Source: Ferroplasma sp. (GTDB taxonomy: Archaea; Thermoplasmatota; Thermoplasmata; Thermoplasmatales; Thermoplasmataceae). Taken from it: a stretch of DNA of 64,000 nucleotides. The stretch covers positions 3,216-67,215 of the forward strand of contig JAVYST010000002.1 in assembly GCA_038729085.1 (NCBI GenBank), in the 5' to 3' direction. Below, piece after piece: positions 18,051 to 27,951 of this stretch; the first letter of the stretch is position 1, and each line of letters opens with the position of its first letter. Under the pieces are notes generated by a model. The model had not been told where the DNA came from. It did not search any database and saw only the letters and a program-made list of their open reading frames with translations. A program made the translations under genes and the position numbers.

Positions 18051-19421
18051 TTATAATTTCCTTATTTTTTCTCTGCTCTTTCCAATAACACGAACAATGC
18101 TTACGGCAGGTATGCTGCTTTTTATCTTTTTTAAATATCCTTTTGAAGCCAGCAAATATTTTAAAAAATATACAAGAGACACGAACAGGAGAACGGCAAG
18201 GCTTATTTCGATAGCTTTCAATCCAAGGAATGCTATTGTAATAAATATGGTAATTATTCCCATTGAGGGTATAAGAAAAAAAGCTTGATGCTCCCTTAAA
18301 TGCTGAGGATTGCCATTTTTTATTTTTGCCCACAGAATAATTGATGAAAAGTCAACGATAGAATAAGATATCAATACACTGACATTGGATGCCTCTATAA
18401 TAGTTGAAAAACCAACAAATGTAATAAATATGAGGCTTATAGCCATGGAAAGTATTATTGAATATACCGGTGTTGCATATCTGTCTATATGTGAAAATTT
18501 ACCTGGTATTTCATGGTCCCTGCCCATGGCATAAAGGACTCTGCTTGTCCCAAGTATGCCTGTGAGCACAACTCCAGCTGTAGCAGTGATTCCCCCGATT
18601 GCAATGATAATATCAAGGTAAGGGTTGTGAAGTATAGATATTGCCGCAGATAATGGGGCAGATGCATGTGCAAGTGATGTATATGGTATAAGCCCAATTG
18701 CTATCACTGCTATTATAACATATAAAAATGAGGATATAATTATAGAGATAATTATAGCCTTTGGTATGGTCTTTTCGGGATTTTTTACCTCATTTCCAAC
18801 AGTGGTAATCCTGGAAAACCCTGTAAATGCAAAGAATATAAGCGCAGACCCTGCCATTATTCCATTAAATCCATATGGCATAAAATTTGAAAAATGTGAT
18901 GCATGTAAATAGAATATTCCTGTAATTATAAATATAATTAGAATTGCTACATTTACAGAAACAAGAATTGAAAGCGTCTTTGTTGAGTTTTTAATGCCAA
19001 ATATATTCAGCAATGCAAATAAAATGATAACCGGAATTCCAAATATAATTAAATTAATATTCAGATGCAGAAGAGAATTTATGTAGCTGCCAAGGCTCAA
19101 GGAGACAGCTGAAATTGCTATCATATTTGAAAATGTCCACATCGTTCCACCAATGAAGCCAGCCGCAGGGTTAAAAGATTCCTTTGCATATTCATAGACT
19201 CCCCCCTCTTTGCTTATATGCTGTGCTATTTCCGAAAAGCTGAGCCCCGTGAATATAGCTATAACTGCGGAAATAAATATCGAAATAATAATAGCCGGGC
19301 CAGCTCTGCCCGCCGCAATTCCGATAATAACAAAAATTCCAGCACCAATTATTGCACCAAGGTTAATTATGATTGCTTCCTTTAACCCGAGTATTCTTTT
19401 AAGCTTATAGGTGCCTGCCAT
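18051..19421 (-). CDS. APC-family amino acid permease
   Basis: 456 aa with 12 predicted TM segments. The N-terminal LGLKEAIIINLGAIIGAGIFV motif is typical of APC transporters. Confidence 0.85.
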   Translation of the reverse strand: MAGTYKLKRILGLKEAIIINLGAIIGAGIFVIIGIAAGRAGPAIIISIFISAVIAIFTGLSFSEIAQHISKEGGVYEYAKESFNPAAGFIGGTMWTFSNMIAISAVSLSLGSYINSLLHLNINLIIFGIPVIILFALLNIFGIKNSTKTLSILVSVNVAILIIFIITGIFYLHASHFSNFMPYGFNGIMAGSALIFFAFTGFSRITTVGNEVKNPEKTIPKAIIISIIISSFLYVIIAVIAIGLIPYTSLAHASAPLSAAISILHNPYLDIIIAIGGITATAGVVLTGILGTSRVLYAMGRDHEIPGKFSHIDRYATPVYSIILSMAISLIFITFVGFSTIIEASNVSVLISYSIVDFSSIILWAKIKNGNPQHLREHQAFFLIPSMGIITIFITIAFLGLKAIEISLAVLLFVSLVYFLKYLLASKGYLKKIKSSIPAVSIVRVIGKSREKIRKL

Positions 19422-19734
19422 CTTCTAACATCATGGCATTTTATATAATATTTAATCTTTAAGCACAGGCCTTTACATTTACAGTAGAGATAAAGAAGAT
19501 CAGGTTCATGGTGCCATAAATTTAAAGAGGTCCATCGGCGAGCATGGAGGCATAGATATATGATTTTGGGATATAATATGCCTATGCCTTATATGGCTGG
19601 CACGGTTTCAAAAAATTATAATTGAATATTCCTCAAAGATAATGAAAGCTATGCATGCTAATGATTTAATTACGCTTAAAAATTTATAAAAAACAATAAC
19701 CTATTCAAGATTTTTAAATATAATAAATATAATA

Positions 19735-20397
19735 TTATGATCTCGTTATCATTTTTGCAGCCAGCTGGAATAATGATATGGAATGCATCCAGACCCTTCC
19801 TGGCCCCCTCATTTTCGCAAAGAATAGGCCCTCTCCTTCTAATCCGCCAAGAACCATTGTTTTTAAACCGCCAATTCTGGCAACATTATAACTTACACTA
19901 TCATCAAAGGCAAGAACATGGCTGAGCTCTACATTTATTTCTTCACCAGGCTGCAATTCTTTTTCAACAACCTGGCCATGCCCATGCAGAAATATAGATC
20001 CGTTTCCGGAAAACTGTTCAAGGAAAAGGCCTTCACCACCCAGGACACCCTGCCATATGCCAGCAAATTTAGTGGAATAGGTGAGAGTAGAATCCATACA
20101 CAAAAATGCATTAAATTCAGCGGTAATTCCATTGCCCTTTAAATCAATTTTTACAATTTTTCCCGGAAGAAATCCTGCAGAACCTATTTCACCAGGCCCA
20201 TCAACCTTTAATAGGAAAACAGCCGAGCCTGAAAGCATATGTGTGAACATTCCCTTAAGGCCGCCAGCCCTTACATCAAGTTTTGATGAGGAATCCTTAT
20301 AAATCAAATGCCCCGGTTCTATCATTACTGATTCTCCAGATGACAGTACGGTCTTCAGGTACTGGACGTCTTCTCCTATAATATTATAGTCAACCAT
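19735..20397 (-). CDS. AIM24/TIGR00266 (DUF124) family protein
   Basis: 220 aa. Beta-rich pattern with IEPGHLIY..., GGEGLFLEQFSGNGSIFLHGHG, GGLEGEGLFFAKMRGPGRVW, typical of the DUF124 family. Confidence 0.6.
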   Translation of the reverse strand: MVDYNIIGEDVQYLKTVLSSGESVMIEPGHLIYKDSSSKLDVRAGGLKGMFTHMLSGSAVFLLKVDGPGEIGSAGFLPGKIVKIDLKGNGITAEFNAFLCMDSTLTYSTKFAGIWQGVLGGEGLFLEQFSGNGSIFLHGHGQVVEKELQPGEEINVELSHVLAFDDSVSYNVARIGGLKTMVLGGLEGEGLFFAKMRGPGRVWMHSISLFQLAAKMITRS

Positions 20398-20507
20398 GGA
20401 CAGTAAACTGTAATATATATAAGTTATTTGTGTTTATTATAAATATAAAAAAACTTAATGGTATCAAATGGGATAGATTGTAAATAGATCCGTGGTATAA
20501 TGTAAAT

Positions 20508-21092
20508 ATGGATGACAATTGCCTTAAAAACTTCATAAAAATTGCTTCATTTAAGAAAATTACCGGGCCGCCTGAGGACTGGCTAAAGGCTATATATAGC
20601 ATGCAATGGGGATTTCGTGATAAGCCTTCCCTGAATACAGCATATAATAGCATAGGAAAAAACGACCTTTTTATTTTTCATTCCATGTCAATTGAAAATT
20701 TGAGAAATAAAATTAAAGTTAATACAGGAATTATAGGATTTGGAATTTCATCTAAAAAGTTTATAGAAAAAAATGATCCATATCCTGGATATGAAGCTCC
20801 GGATTTGAGGCCACTGCGTTTTTCATTTTCAGACATGTGGTTTTTTGGTGATGTTGGTTCTATTAAAATTGAGCCCATTGACAATAAAATTGAAAAGGGT
20901 GAAAGTTATATAATTTCAGATATATACCGGCTATTAGAAAATTGTTTGCCTTTCAGTACGTTAAAATCGAATGGGATTTCCATCTCAACGCAGGGTGCAA
21001 TAAGAAATATAAATCCAGAAAGTGCCGAAAAACTTTCAGAAATTATATATGATAAAGAAAGGTTTCATATATCAGGCAGCGAAATAAATTAA
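20508..21092 (+). CDS. hypothetical protein, possible PUA-like/EVE-fold domain
   Basis: 194 aa. The pattern W..(x)..WGFRDK...IGKNDLFIFHS...TGIIGFG...QGAIRNI loosely resembles EVE/PUA-like domains. The assignment is weak. Confidence 0.3.
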   Translation: MDDNCLKNFIKIASFKKITGPPEDWLKAIYSMQWGFRDKPSLNTAYNSIGKNDLFIFHSMSIENLRNKIKVNTGIIGFGISSKKFIEKNDPYPGYEAPDLRPLRFSFSDMWFFGDVGSIKIEPIDNKIEKGESYIISDIYRLLENCLPFSTLKSNGISISTQGAIRNINPESAEKLSEIIYDKERFHISGSEIN

Positions 21093-21274
21093 GTGCTTTT
21101 AGATTGATTATCCTATTTTCAATATAGTTATTTTTCAATGAATTCAACTACCCTCATTCCTGCAATTTTCACACTTTTATCTATATTTTGATTATGCTAT
21201 ACAGAAACTCAATTCGGGATAACATACAATTATATAAACTCAAAAAGGCTAAATATCTGAATAGATTGCATTTT

Positions 21275-22048
21275 ATGGATTATAAAAATATAACAGTGCA
21301 TGAAGTGGGCTTCACGTCTGAAATTATTATAAACAGGCCTGGCCATATGAATGCCCTTGACGGGAATACCAGGGCTGAGCTTTTGCTTGCGCTCAAATCA
21401 TTTAATGAAAATGATAATCAGAGGGTAGCAGTCCTATCTGGATCAGGAACTTCCTTTTCCTCCGGTGCAGACCTTTCGGGAACACCAGAGAACATAGATG
21501 AAGATTATATATATAGAGAATTGACCGAATCATTTCATAAAATTGCAAAGGAAATTAGGTTAAGCTCCAAAATATTCATAAGCTCAATAGATGGAATTGT
21601 TGCTGGAGCCGGCATGAGCCTTGCCTTTCTATGTGACCTGGCCTACGCATCACCATCAAGCCGCTTCATTATGGGATTTCAGGAGATTGGCCTGGCACCG
21701 GACACGGGATTGAGTTTAATTTTATCGCGGCTTGGTGGAGCCAGATTGCTTCCATACCTGCTGAAAGGAGGGGAATTTAATGCCGAATTTGCCAGAAATG
21801 CCGGTTTGGTTGAAGTCTGTGAAAAACCATATTTACATGCATTGGAAGAGGCACATAAAATTGCTTCAGGGCCATACATGGCATACTGCACATCAAAAGA
21901 ATTCATTACCAGATCATTATTTCCTGACTTTGATGAGTTCTTAAATTATGAGGCAAAAAAACAGCCTGCACTTGGAATGAGCCATGACTTCAGAGAGGGA
22001 ATAGAGTCATTTCATGAAAAAAGAAAACCGCATTTTAATGGAAGATAG
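21275..22048 (+). CDS. enoyl-CoA hydratase/isomerase (crotonase) family protein
   Basis: The track ORF from 21188 carries a 29-codon AT-rich extension. ATG 21275 gives a 257-aa crotonase-sized protein with the GSGTSFSSGADL oxyanion motif and a C-terminal FREGIESFHEKRKP. Confidence 0.85.
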   Translation: MDYKNITVHEVGFTSEIIINRPGHMNALDGNTRAELLLALKSFNENDNQRVAVLSGSGTSFSSGADLSGTPENIDEDYIYRELTESFHKIAKEIRLSSKIFISSIDGIVAGAGMSLAFLCDLAYASPSSRFIMGFQEIGLAPDTGLSLILSRLGGARLLPYLLKGGEFNAEFARNAGLVEVCEKPYLHALEEAHKIASGPYMAYCTSKEFITRSLFPDFDEFLNYEAKKQPALGMSHDFREGIESFHEKRKPHFNGR

Positions 22049-22088
22049 ATTCCAGGGCAATGGAATCAGCTATTAATAAACAGGCACA

Positions 22089-22100
22089 TTTTAGTTTTTT
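22089..22100 (+). terminator. oligo-T tract (TTTTAGTTTTTT) downstream of the crotonase gene
   Basis: T-run located 41-52 nt after the stop at 22048. Archaeal intrinsic terminators are oligo-T stretches. Confidence 0.3.
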
Positions 22101-22532
22101 ATCTTATGCAATGTATTGGAATACTATTTTTATATATTATTCTGTAAATCAACTGAAATTTTTTATGTACATTTTACAACTTTGATATATCATTTATCAA
22201 TACCGGCAAATTCTTTCTTCAACGACATTAAAAAAGGGAGCTGCTATTTGTGCGCTTTTCTTCCATGATGCTTTTTTTTGCATTGAAGCGCTATTGTTAT
22301 TCATAGCAACATTTCTAAGCCTTTAAATTAATTTTCCAGTATATATAGTTAGCATGATATTTATACTGCATTCCTTAATATGCAAAGAAAATTAAGAGCC
22401 CGGTTGTTTTCATCTATAACAACTGAGTTCAACAATTTCTGATATAACATCTTTTTTAGCACTATATTTCCACATAACCACAGGAAATCAGAGAAATTAA
22501 TATTTCACCTGGAAATAAAAGCCAGTGGGGCT

Positions 22533-22745
22533 TTACTTTTTTACCTCCAGTATCTTCTTTCTTGATGAAAAGCCAGAAACTATGCTCACATCCATTGAAC
22601 CAACGGAATAGTATTTTGCTACCTGCCTTATAATATCGATATTTGCACGATTATTTTCAAAGGGCTCTTTGGTATAGACATTCAAAATTCCATCAACATC
22701 AATTATCGATTGCTTTCCATGAAATACATGAACATTAATTCTCAC
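22533..22745 (-). CDS. DUF167/YggU-family small protein
   Basis: 70 aa. ...VYTKEPFENNRANIDIIRQVAKYY...VSIVSGFSSRKKILEV matches the UPF0235 pattern (PENGKAN...SG..SR.K). Confidence 0.6.
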   Translation of the reverse strand: MRINVHVFHGKQSIIDVDGILNVYTKEPFENNRANIDIIRQVAKYYSVGSMDVSIVSGFSSRKKILEVKK

Positions 22746-22908
22746 TGCCCGTTAAATGTGCAATAGCATAAAAATTTAACAGTCGATCTCTGTGCATTGC
22801 ATGTTGGCCGGGCTTTAATATGGCAAACATTTATCAATCGCAGAAGGAATTCTAAATGAGAAAGTCATACAATTATTGTCAAAATATGCCAGTAAATAGA
22901 TAGAACAA

Positions 22909-24633
22909 CTATTTTTTTAACTCTTTCAGCAATTTATCCAAACTTAATGTATTAACCACCCTGCTCTCTGGAAGCCATCCCCTCCTGGCGGTTCCTATGC
23001 CATATTTAAGGTACCTGAAACTATTTACATTATGTGCGTCAGAATTTATGGCGTATTTAACCTTATATTTTGATGTGAGCAGGATGTCTGTATCTTTCAG
23101 GTCAAGCCTTTCAGGTTGTGAGTTTATTTCCAGGAATACATTATTTTCTTCTGCAGCCTTTGCAATTCTGTCAAGGTCTACGTCATATGGAGCTCTTTCA
23201 TTTATAATCCTGCCTGTTGGATGTCCAAGTATATTTACCATTCCAGATTCCAGCGCTTTTATAATGCGTTCTGTCATTGCATTCCTGTCCATATTAAAAC
23301 CTGAATGCACAGATGCAACAACACAATCCATTTGCTGTAATGTGCTTTTTTGCAAATCAAGGCTTCCATCATTCAATATATCAACTTCGGCGCCCTTCAA
23401 GATACGAAAATCTTTATTCATGCTATTTAACCTGTCAACTTTCGAAAAATAGTTTTCAAATCCCTTTTCATCCATGCCGTGTGCAACCTTAAGGCTTTTT
23501 GTATGATTGGTTGTAGCAATATATTTCAAACCATATTTTTTTGCTGAATCTACCATTTCCTCGATAGTATTGATGCCATCAGATTCCACAGTATGGGTAT
23601 GGAGATCACCCTGAATTGACGAATAATCAATAAGATTCGGAAGTTTGTGTTGTATTGCAAGTTCGATTTCACCGCGATTTTCTCGCATCTCCGGCGGTAT
23701 TAAATCCATCCCCAATGCCTCATATATTGATTTTTCATCATTTTCAGAAATTATTGAATTATTCTTATAGAGCCCATATTCATTTAATTTGTATCCTCTG
23801 TCCATTGCTATTTTTCTGACTTCTACATTATGGTCCTTGCTTCCTGTAAAATACTGCAGTGCAGAACCAAAACTGCCTGGTTCAACCACACGCAGGTCGC
23901 AGGTAGTTTCAATTTTTAGATATATTGTTGTTTTTGAAATACCCTTTACAACAACTCCTGTTGCTATGTTTAATGATGTGAAGGCATCCATCAATTTAGA
24001 TGGATTTGTGCTGGTTGCAAGTATATCAACATCACCTATTGTATCTTTCATGCGCCTTATTGACCCGGCCACTTCAATTTTATCTGCCAGCCCTGTTGCC
24101 CGGAGGTTTTTAATTATCTCCTCTGCAGCTTCCATTCCATCTGACAGCAGCAGGCGCCCTCCCATGCTATCAAACTGTGCAATGCCCTTGTCCAGCTCTT
24201 CCTCGCTTTTTTTGCCAAATCCAGCCAGATTCATTATTTTATGCTGTGCCAGTGCATCCTTAAGGTCAGAAACATTTTTTACTCCAAGGCTTCTGTAAAG
24301 TTCAAGTGCAGTTTTAGGCCCAATGCCCTCAATTTTTGTTAAATTTTTAAAATCTATAGGATATTTTAATCTGTACTCTTCATATTTTGTGATTTTCCCT
24401 GTTTTTAAATATTCCTCAATTTTATCAGCTATAGCCTTGCCAACACCGGGTATATCCATCAGGCTTTTTATGCCTCCTTTCCTGTATATTTCTGAAACGT
24501 CCTCAGGAAGTGAAGTTAAAATGCCAGAAATTTTTCTATATGCATTGGATTTGAAGCTGGCATTTGGCGTATTTTCAATCGTTTCATACAGTGACATTTC
24601 CATAAATATTTCTGAAAGTTCCTGATTTGCCAT
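22909..24633 (-). CDS. polX: family X DNA polymerase with C-terminal PHP phosphoesterase domain (PolX)
   Basis: The likely start is MANQELSEIF at 24633, and the track ORF extends to 24696. Features: HhH motifs (GVGKAIADKI, GIGPKTA), a nucleotidyltransferase motif GSIRRMKDTIGDVDIL, and PHP motifs GDLHTHTVESDG and NSDAH. Confidence 0.9.
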   Translation of the reverse strand: MANQELSEIFMEMSLYETIENTPNASFKSNAYRKISGILTSLPEDVSEIYRKGGIKSLMDIPGVGKAIADKIEEYLKTGKITKYEEYRLKYPIDFKNLTKIEGIGPKTALELYRSLGVKNVSDLKDALAQHKIMNLAGFGKKSEEELDKGIAQFDSMGGRLLLSDGMEAAEEIIKNLRATGLADKIEVAGSIRRMKDTIGDVDILATSTNPSKLMDAFTSLNIATGVVVKGISKTTIYLKIETTCDLRVVEPGSFGSALQYFTGSKDHNVEVRKIAMDRGYKLNEYGLYKNNSIISENDEKSIYEALGMDLIPPEMRENRGEIELAIQHKLPNLIDYSSIQGDLHTHTVESDGINTIEEMVDSAKKYGLKYIATTNHTKSLKVAHGMDEKGFENYFSKVDRLNSMNKDFRILKGAEVDILNDGSLDLQKSTLQQMDCVVASVHSGFNMDRNAMTERIIKALESGMVNILGHPTGRIINERAPYDVDLDRIAKAAEENNVFLEINSQPERLDLKDTDILLTSKYKVKYAINSDAHNVNSFRYLKYGIGTARRGWLPESRVVNTLSLDKLLKELKK

Positions 24634-24696
24634 TTTTATCGCCTTATAAATAAATTCTGTGCTGGTATTTAAATAATGCTTAATTAACCATTTCAT

Positions 24697-25206
24697 TCAA
24701 TGGTTGCAAATAATTTCTTCATATACAGGCCCGGAAGAGTATAGAGTACTATTATAAAGGCAAATTTTATTGATTTCTATGCTCTCCTCTGGAAGTTTCA
24801 AAGCAGTTAAATCAAGATTTTCGACGTTTTTGCCAGTTCTTCCAACTGTAATATGTGGAATAAATTGCCTTTTTGCTTTTACTGGAAACGGCACAGTTTT
24901 AATAGCTTCTTTATAGAGCGTTAAAAATTCTGGGCTATCAAGTACAAGCACTATGGCACTACTGTTCCGGAAATTATGAAATATAGCAATTTTTGAAATT
25001 TGTGCAATTATGTGTACTGGTGGAATTTTATGTATTGCCATGCTGATTTCTTTAAGTGCATTGTCATCTGTTTCTCCGAGAAAAATGTATGTTATATGGA
25101 AATTTTTAATAAGAGGAACACGTATATTTCCGAACTGATTTATTTGCTGTAGAAATTCCATCATATTATCTGAAATATTAACAGGTGATGCTATGAATAG
25201 CCGCAT
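24697..25206 (-). CDS. thpR: 2H phosphoesterase, RNA 2',3'-cyclic phosphodiesterase / 2'-5' RNA ligase (ThpR/LigT) family
   Basis: The likely start is MRLFIASPV at 25206, and the track ORF extends to 25260. Two HxT motifs are present (FHITYIFLGE and PHITVGR). Its stop abuts the extended PolX ORF. Confidence 0.8.
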   Translation of the reverse strand: MRLFIASPVNISDNMMEFLQQINQFGNIRVPLIKNFHITYIFLGETDDNALKEISMAIHKIPPVHIIAQISKIAIFHNFRNSSAIVLVLDSPEFLTLYKEAIKTVPFPVKAKRQFIPHITVGRTGKNVENLDLTALKLPEESIEINKICLYNSTLYSSGPVYEEIICNH

Positions 25207-25548
25207 GATATGAAGAATCAATAATAAATAATAATGTTTTTGCTGCAACATCAGCACCATTGATGACGTGCTATATGCTTGCCTGGCCTTTACTTTTATT
25301 CAAGGAGGATATTTGCAATAATATGGGCCTCTTTTGAATGATAATATAATAGAAATAAGCCATTCCTGGAGTTTTTGTTAACTATGTAGGGCACGGATGG
25401 TTTCATGCCAGAGATTTAAGCATTAAAATGATAATAACTTCTAAATTTAGATATCAATGCCATTAATCTAAACAATAACTTTCTTTCATAAAAATATAGG
25501 CAGAAATAAAAAAGAAATTTTATATGGATATTAATATATAGTTATCAA

Positions 25549-27918
25549 ATGGTTAAAAAGAAATTAATTATTCTGTTGTCAGTATTTATAATTTTCATTA
25601 TGGTTGTGGGTTCACTATCTAATTTAGCTCCTATTTCTTCTGGCCAATCGTCTCTTTCTCATGCATCTACTGCTAATAAAACGTTCAAATCAGTTCAGCA
25701 TTTCTCGCCATATGGCACCAGTGTAAATGGAAACAGCCAGTATGTCCCTGCAAATCAGGTTGATCCAAACAGCGAATACACATCGGAACCAGCCCCAATG
25801 GGCATAGCCGACTATGGAATCGGTGCAGGCAACCAGCCTTATGAATATAATACAACATCTTTTCTTGGAATAATAAATATAACTTCATTGCAAACGTATA
25901 ATTCATCATTGAATTCCGGTTACTATGGATCAGAGAACGGAATGACGTTCCAGTTGAATCTGAATATGGTATTTTATGATGGCTCAGAAAAATATGTTTA
26001 CTGGACTCAGAATGTTATAGATTTAAATACATCAAACAATCAAATATGTTTTATAGACAACGTCTGGAATATATCATCTTATGGTGCGAACATGCATAAT
26101 TCGACAATATCTGGAAATGGAACTGTTGCAAATTCATCCGGAGAATGTTTTTATTATTCAATAGCAAACGCGTCAAGTCCGGGAAATCTTGAAAAATTGC
26201 ATTATCCAGCTAACATTGAGTTAATGATAAATACTACTGTGGCTGATGGCAAACCCGAACTGCTTTTTGAATATAACGATGGTTCAGGCTGGCAAACATA
26301 CGATTCCCCCGTGTTTAAATTCGTCAATAATTTAACTTCAATGCCAGAATTTAGTGTTGATGGTTATAACTATGAACCTGATGGTTATAGTTTTTATGAC
26401 GCTGAACTTATTCTTGGAGGACCAGGAGGCGGAACTCAAACACAGGATTGCCTCTCCAATCTTACACTTGCACTTCAGTATTTCAATGGCCATAATTATC
26501 AGGAAATCACCAATGCATATAACTATGGCTCTGATACGGCGGAAGGAATATGCAACGTAACATCCCAAGCCGATTATTATAATGAAAATGGATCAATATT
26601 TGAATCTATAACTTCAGGAAGCGGATATCTTGGCCAGGTTTATAATTCAGGCGAAGTGGGAATAATAAACATTTCTACAGGTTCAATGACTGATGGCTAT
26701 CTCGAAGTCAACAAGACAACCAGATATTATTTTACAGGTTCAGATGTAAATATAACAATCGCCCCAGGCACTTATTATCTTGAACTATTTGGAGACAACA
26801 AGAAAATAGAATCATTAGGCAACCGGACCGTGAAAGCAGGCCAATATCTTTCACTGAGCACTGAGAAAAAATATAGCGTTATATTCACAGAAACAGGACT
26901 TCCATCAGGAACTACATGGTATGTGAATATCACTGATGGACCTGATTCAGGAGCAATCACAGGAACATCATATTCATTCTCCCTCACAAATGGAACATAC
27001 TCATACACAATAGCAACATCTGACCATACATATAAACCCTCCTCATATCATGGATCATTCACAGTAAATGATGTAGCTGTTTCTCAATCGGTTGCATTTT
27101 TAAAGGTAACATACAAAGCAACATTTACAGAAACTGGACTTCCATCAGGAACTACATGGTATGTTAATATAACTGGAGTATCATCTGGTCCAATCAGCAC
27201 TTCATCCTATAACCTTTCACTGACAAATGGAACGTATGCTTACACAATATCAACAGCTGATAAAACATATGAACCGTTACCATCTTCATCATCTTTCACA
27301 GTAAACGGTACAGCTGTTACAGAACAGGTTAAATTCACTGAAGTTCTTTACAACATAACATTCAATGAAACAGGGCTTCCATCAGGAACTACATGGACAT
27401 TGGTATTCAATGGAATATCTCATACATTGACTAACACAAGTTATGTATTCGACATGGTAAATGGTACATATTCCTATTCTGCAACATCGACCAATTATTA
27501 TAACCTTTCAGGTACAGTAACAGTTGATGGTGCTTCCGTACCAGAAACTTTACATTTTATATTGCATACTTATAACGTTACATTCACTGAAACTGGGCTT
27601 CCATCAGGATCAATATGGTATGTGAATATAACTGGAGCAGTACCATCTGGACCAATTAGCAGTTCATCCTATAACCTTTCACTGACAAATGGAACATATT
27701 CTTATACAATAGCAACTGCAAACATTGCATATCATGGCCCATCATCCGGAAAATTCGTCGTAAATGGCATTAATATTTCTAAGCCTGTTGCTTTTGAACA
27801 AAAAACGCTACCATTAAAAAATAGTTTCTATAGCCTCTCAGATATTATATTATTCGTAATTATGAGCCTGGCTATTATTGCAATAGTTTATGCATTGAAG
27901 GCAAAAATAAAAAAATAA
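25549..27918 (+). CDS. thermopsin-family (peptidase A5) secreted protease with four C-terminal ~80-aa repeats and a C-terminal TM anchor
   Basis: 789 aa. N-terminal signal/TM segment, the EPAPMGIADYGIG thermopsin block, many N-x-S/T sequons, four FTETGLPSGTTWYVNITG...NGTYSYTIAT repeats, and a hydrophobic tail followed by KAKIKK. Confidence 0.75.
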   Translation: MVKKKLIILLSVFIIFIMVVGSLSNLAPISSGQSSLSHASTANKTFKSVQHFSPYGTSVNGNSQYVPANQVDPNSEYTSEPAPMGIADYGIGAGNQPYEYNTTSFLGIINITSLQTYNSSLNSGYYGSENGMTFQLNLNMVFYDGSEKYVYWTQNVIDLNTSNNQICFIDNVWNISSYGANMHNSTISGNGTVANSSGECFYYSIANASSPGNLEKLHYPANIELMINTTVADGKPELLFEYNDGSGWQTYDSPVFKFVNNLTSMPEFSVDGYNYEPDGYSFYDAELILGGPGGGTQTQDCLSNLTLALQYFNGHNYQEITNAYNYGSDTAEGICNVTSQADYYNENGSIFESITSGSGYLGQVYNSGEVGIINISTGSMTDGYLEVNKTTRYYFTGSDVNITIAPGTYYLELFGDNKKIESLGNRTVKAGQYLSLSTEKKYSVIFTETGLPSGTTWYVNITDGPDSGAITGTSYSFSLTNGTYSYTIATSDHTYKPSSYHGSFTVNDVAVSQSVAFLKVTYKATFTETGLPSGTTWYVNITGVSSGPISTSSYNLSLTNGTYAYTISTADKTYEPLPSSSSFTVNGTAVTEQVKFTEVLYNITFNETGLPSGTTWTLVFNGISHTLTNTSYVFDMVNGTYSYSATSTNYYNLSGTVTVDGASVPETLHFILHTYNVTFTETGLPSGSIWYVNITGAVPSGPISSSSYNLSLTNGTYSYTIATANIAYHGPSSGKFVVNGINISKPVAFEQKTLPLKNSFYSLSDIILFVIMSLAIIAIVYALKAKIKK
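26869..27801 (+). repeat. four in-frame tandem coding repeats (240, 237, 219, 237 nt) inside the thermopsin gene
   Basis: Units start at 26869, 27109, 27346 and 27565. Units 1 and 2 share a perfect 29-nt run ggacttccatcaggaactacatggtatgt and about 91% identity over 55 nt (26881-26935 versus 27121-27175, hand-aligned). Confidence 0.9.
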
Positions 27919-27951
27919 TTATTTTCGCATTATTAAGCTGTTATAAGAAAA

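Noticed and set aside
21188-21274. Upstream extensions of track ORFs for the crotonase (21188), PolX (24634-24696), ThpR (25207-25260), M3K (16062), APC permease (54456), sufB (3317), sufD (4783) and the glycoprotein (31506)
   Set aside because: Downstream ATGs give family-typical N-termini and/or sit at proper distance from GGTGA/GGAG motifs. The alternatives cannot be fully excluded without experimental data.
22197-22304. 35-codon minus-strand ORF (MNNNSASMQKKASWKKSAQIAAPFFNVVEERICRY) in the 480-bp spacer 22049-22532
   Set aside because: It is too short, with no motif, no SD and no clear promoter, so it cannot be supported from sequence alone.
25261-25330. TGATGA box after the ThpR gene as a possible C/D-box sRNA
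   Set aside because: The preceding base is not a purine. There is no CTGA D/D' box at the required ~12-nt spacing and no second C' box.
26869-27801. Periodic repeats as a possible CRISPR-like or satellite array
   Set aside because: The period is about 220-240 nt, in frame, inside a long ORF, and translates into a conserved protein module. These are coding domain repeats.
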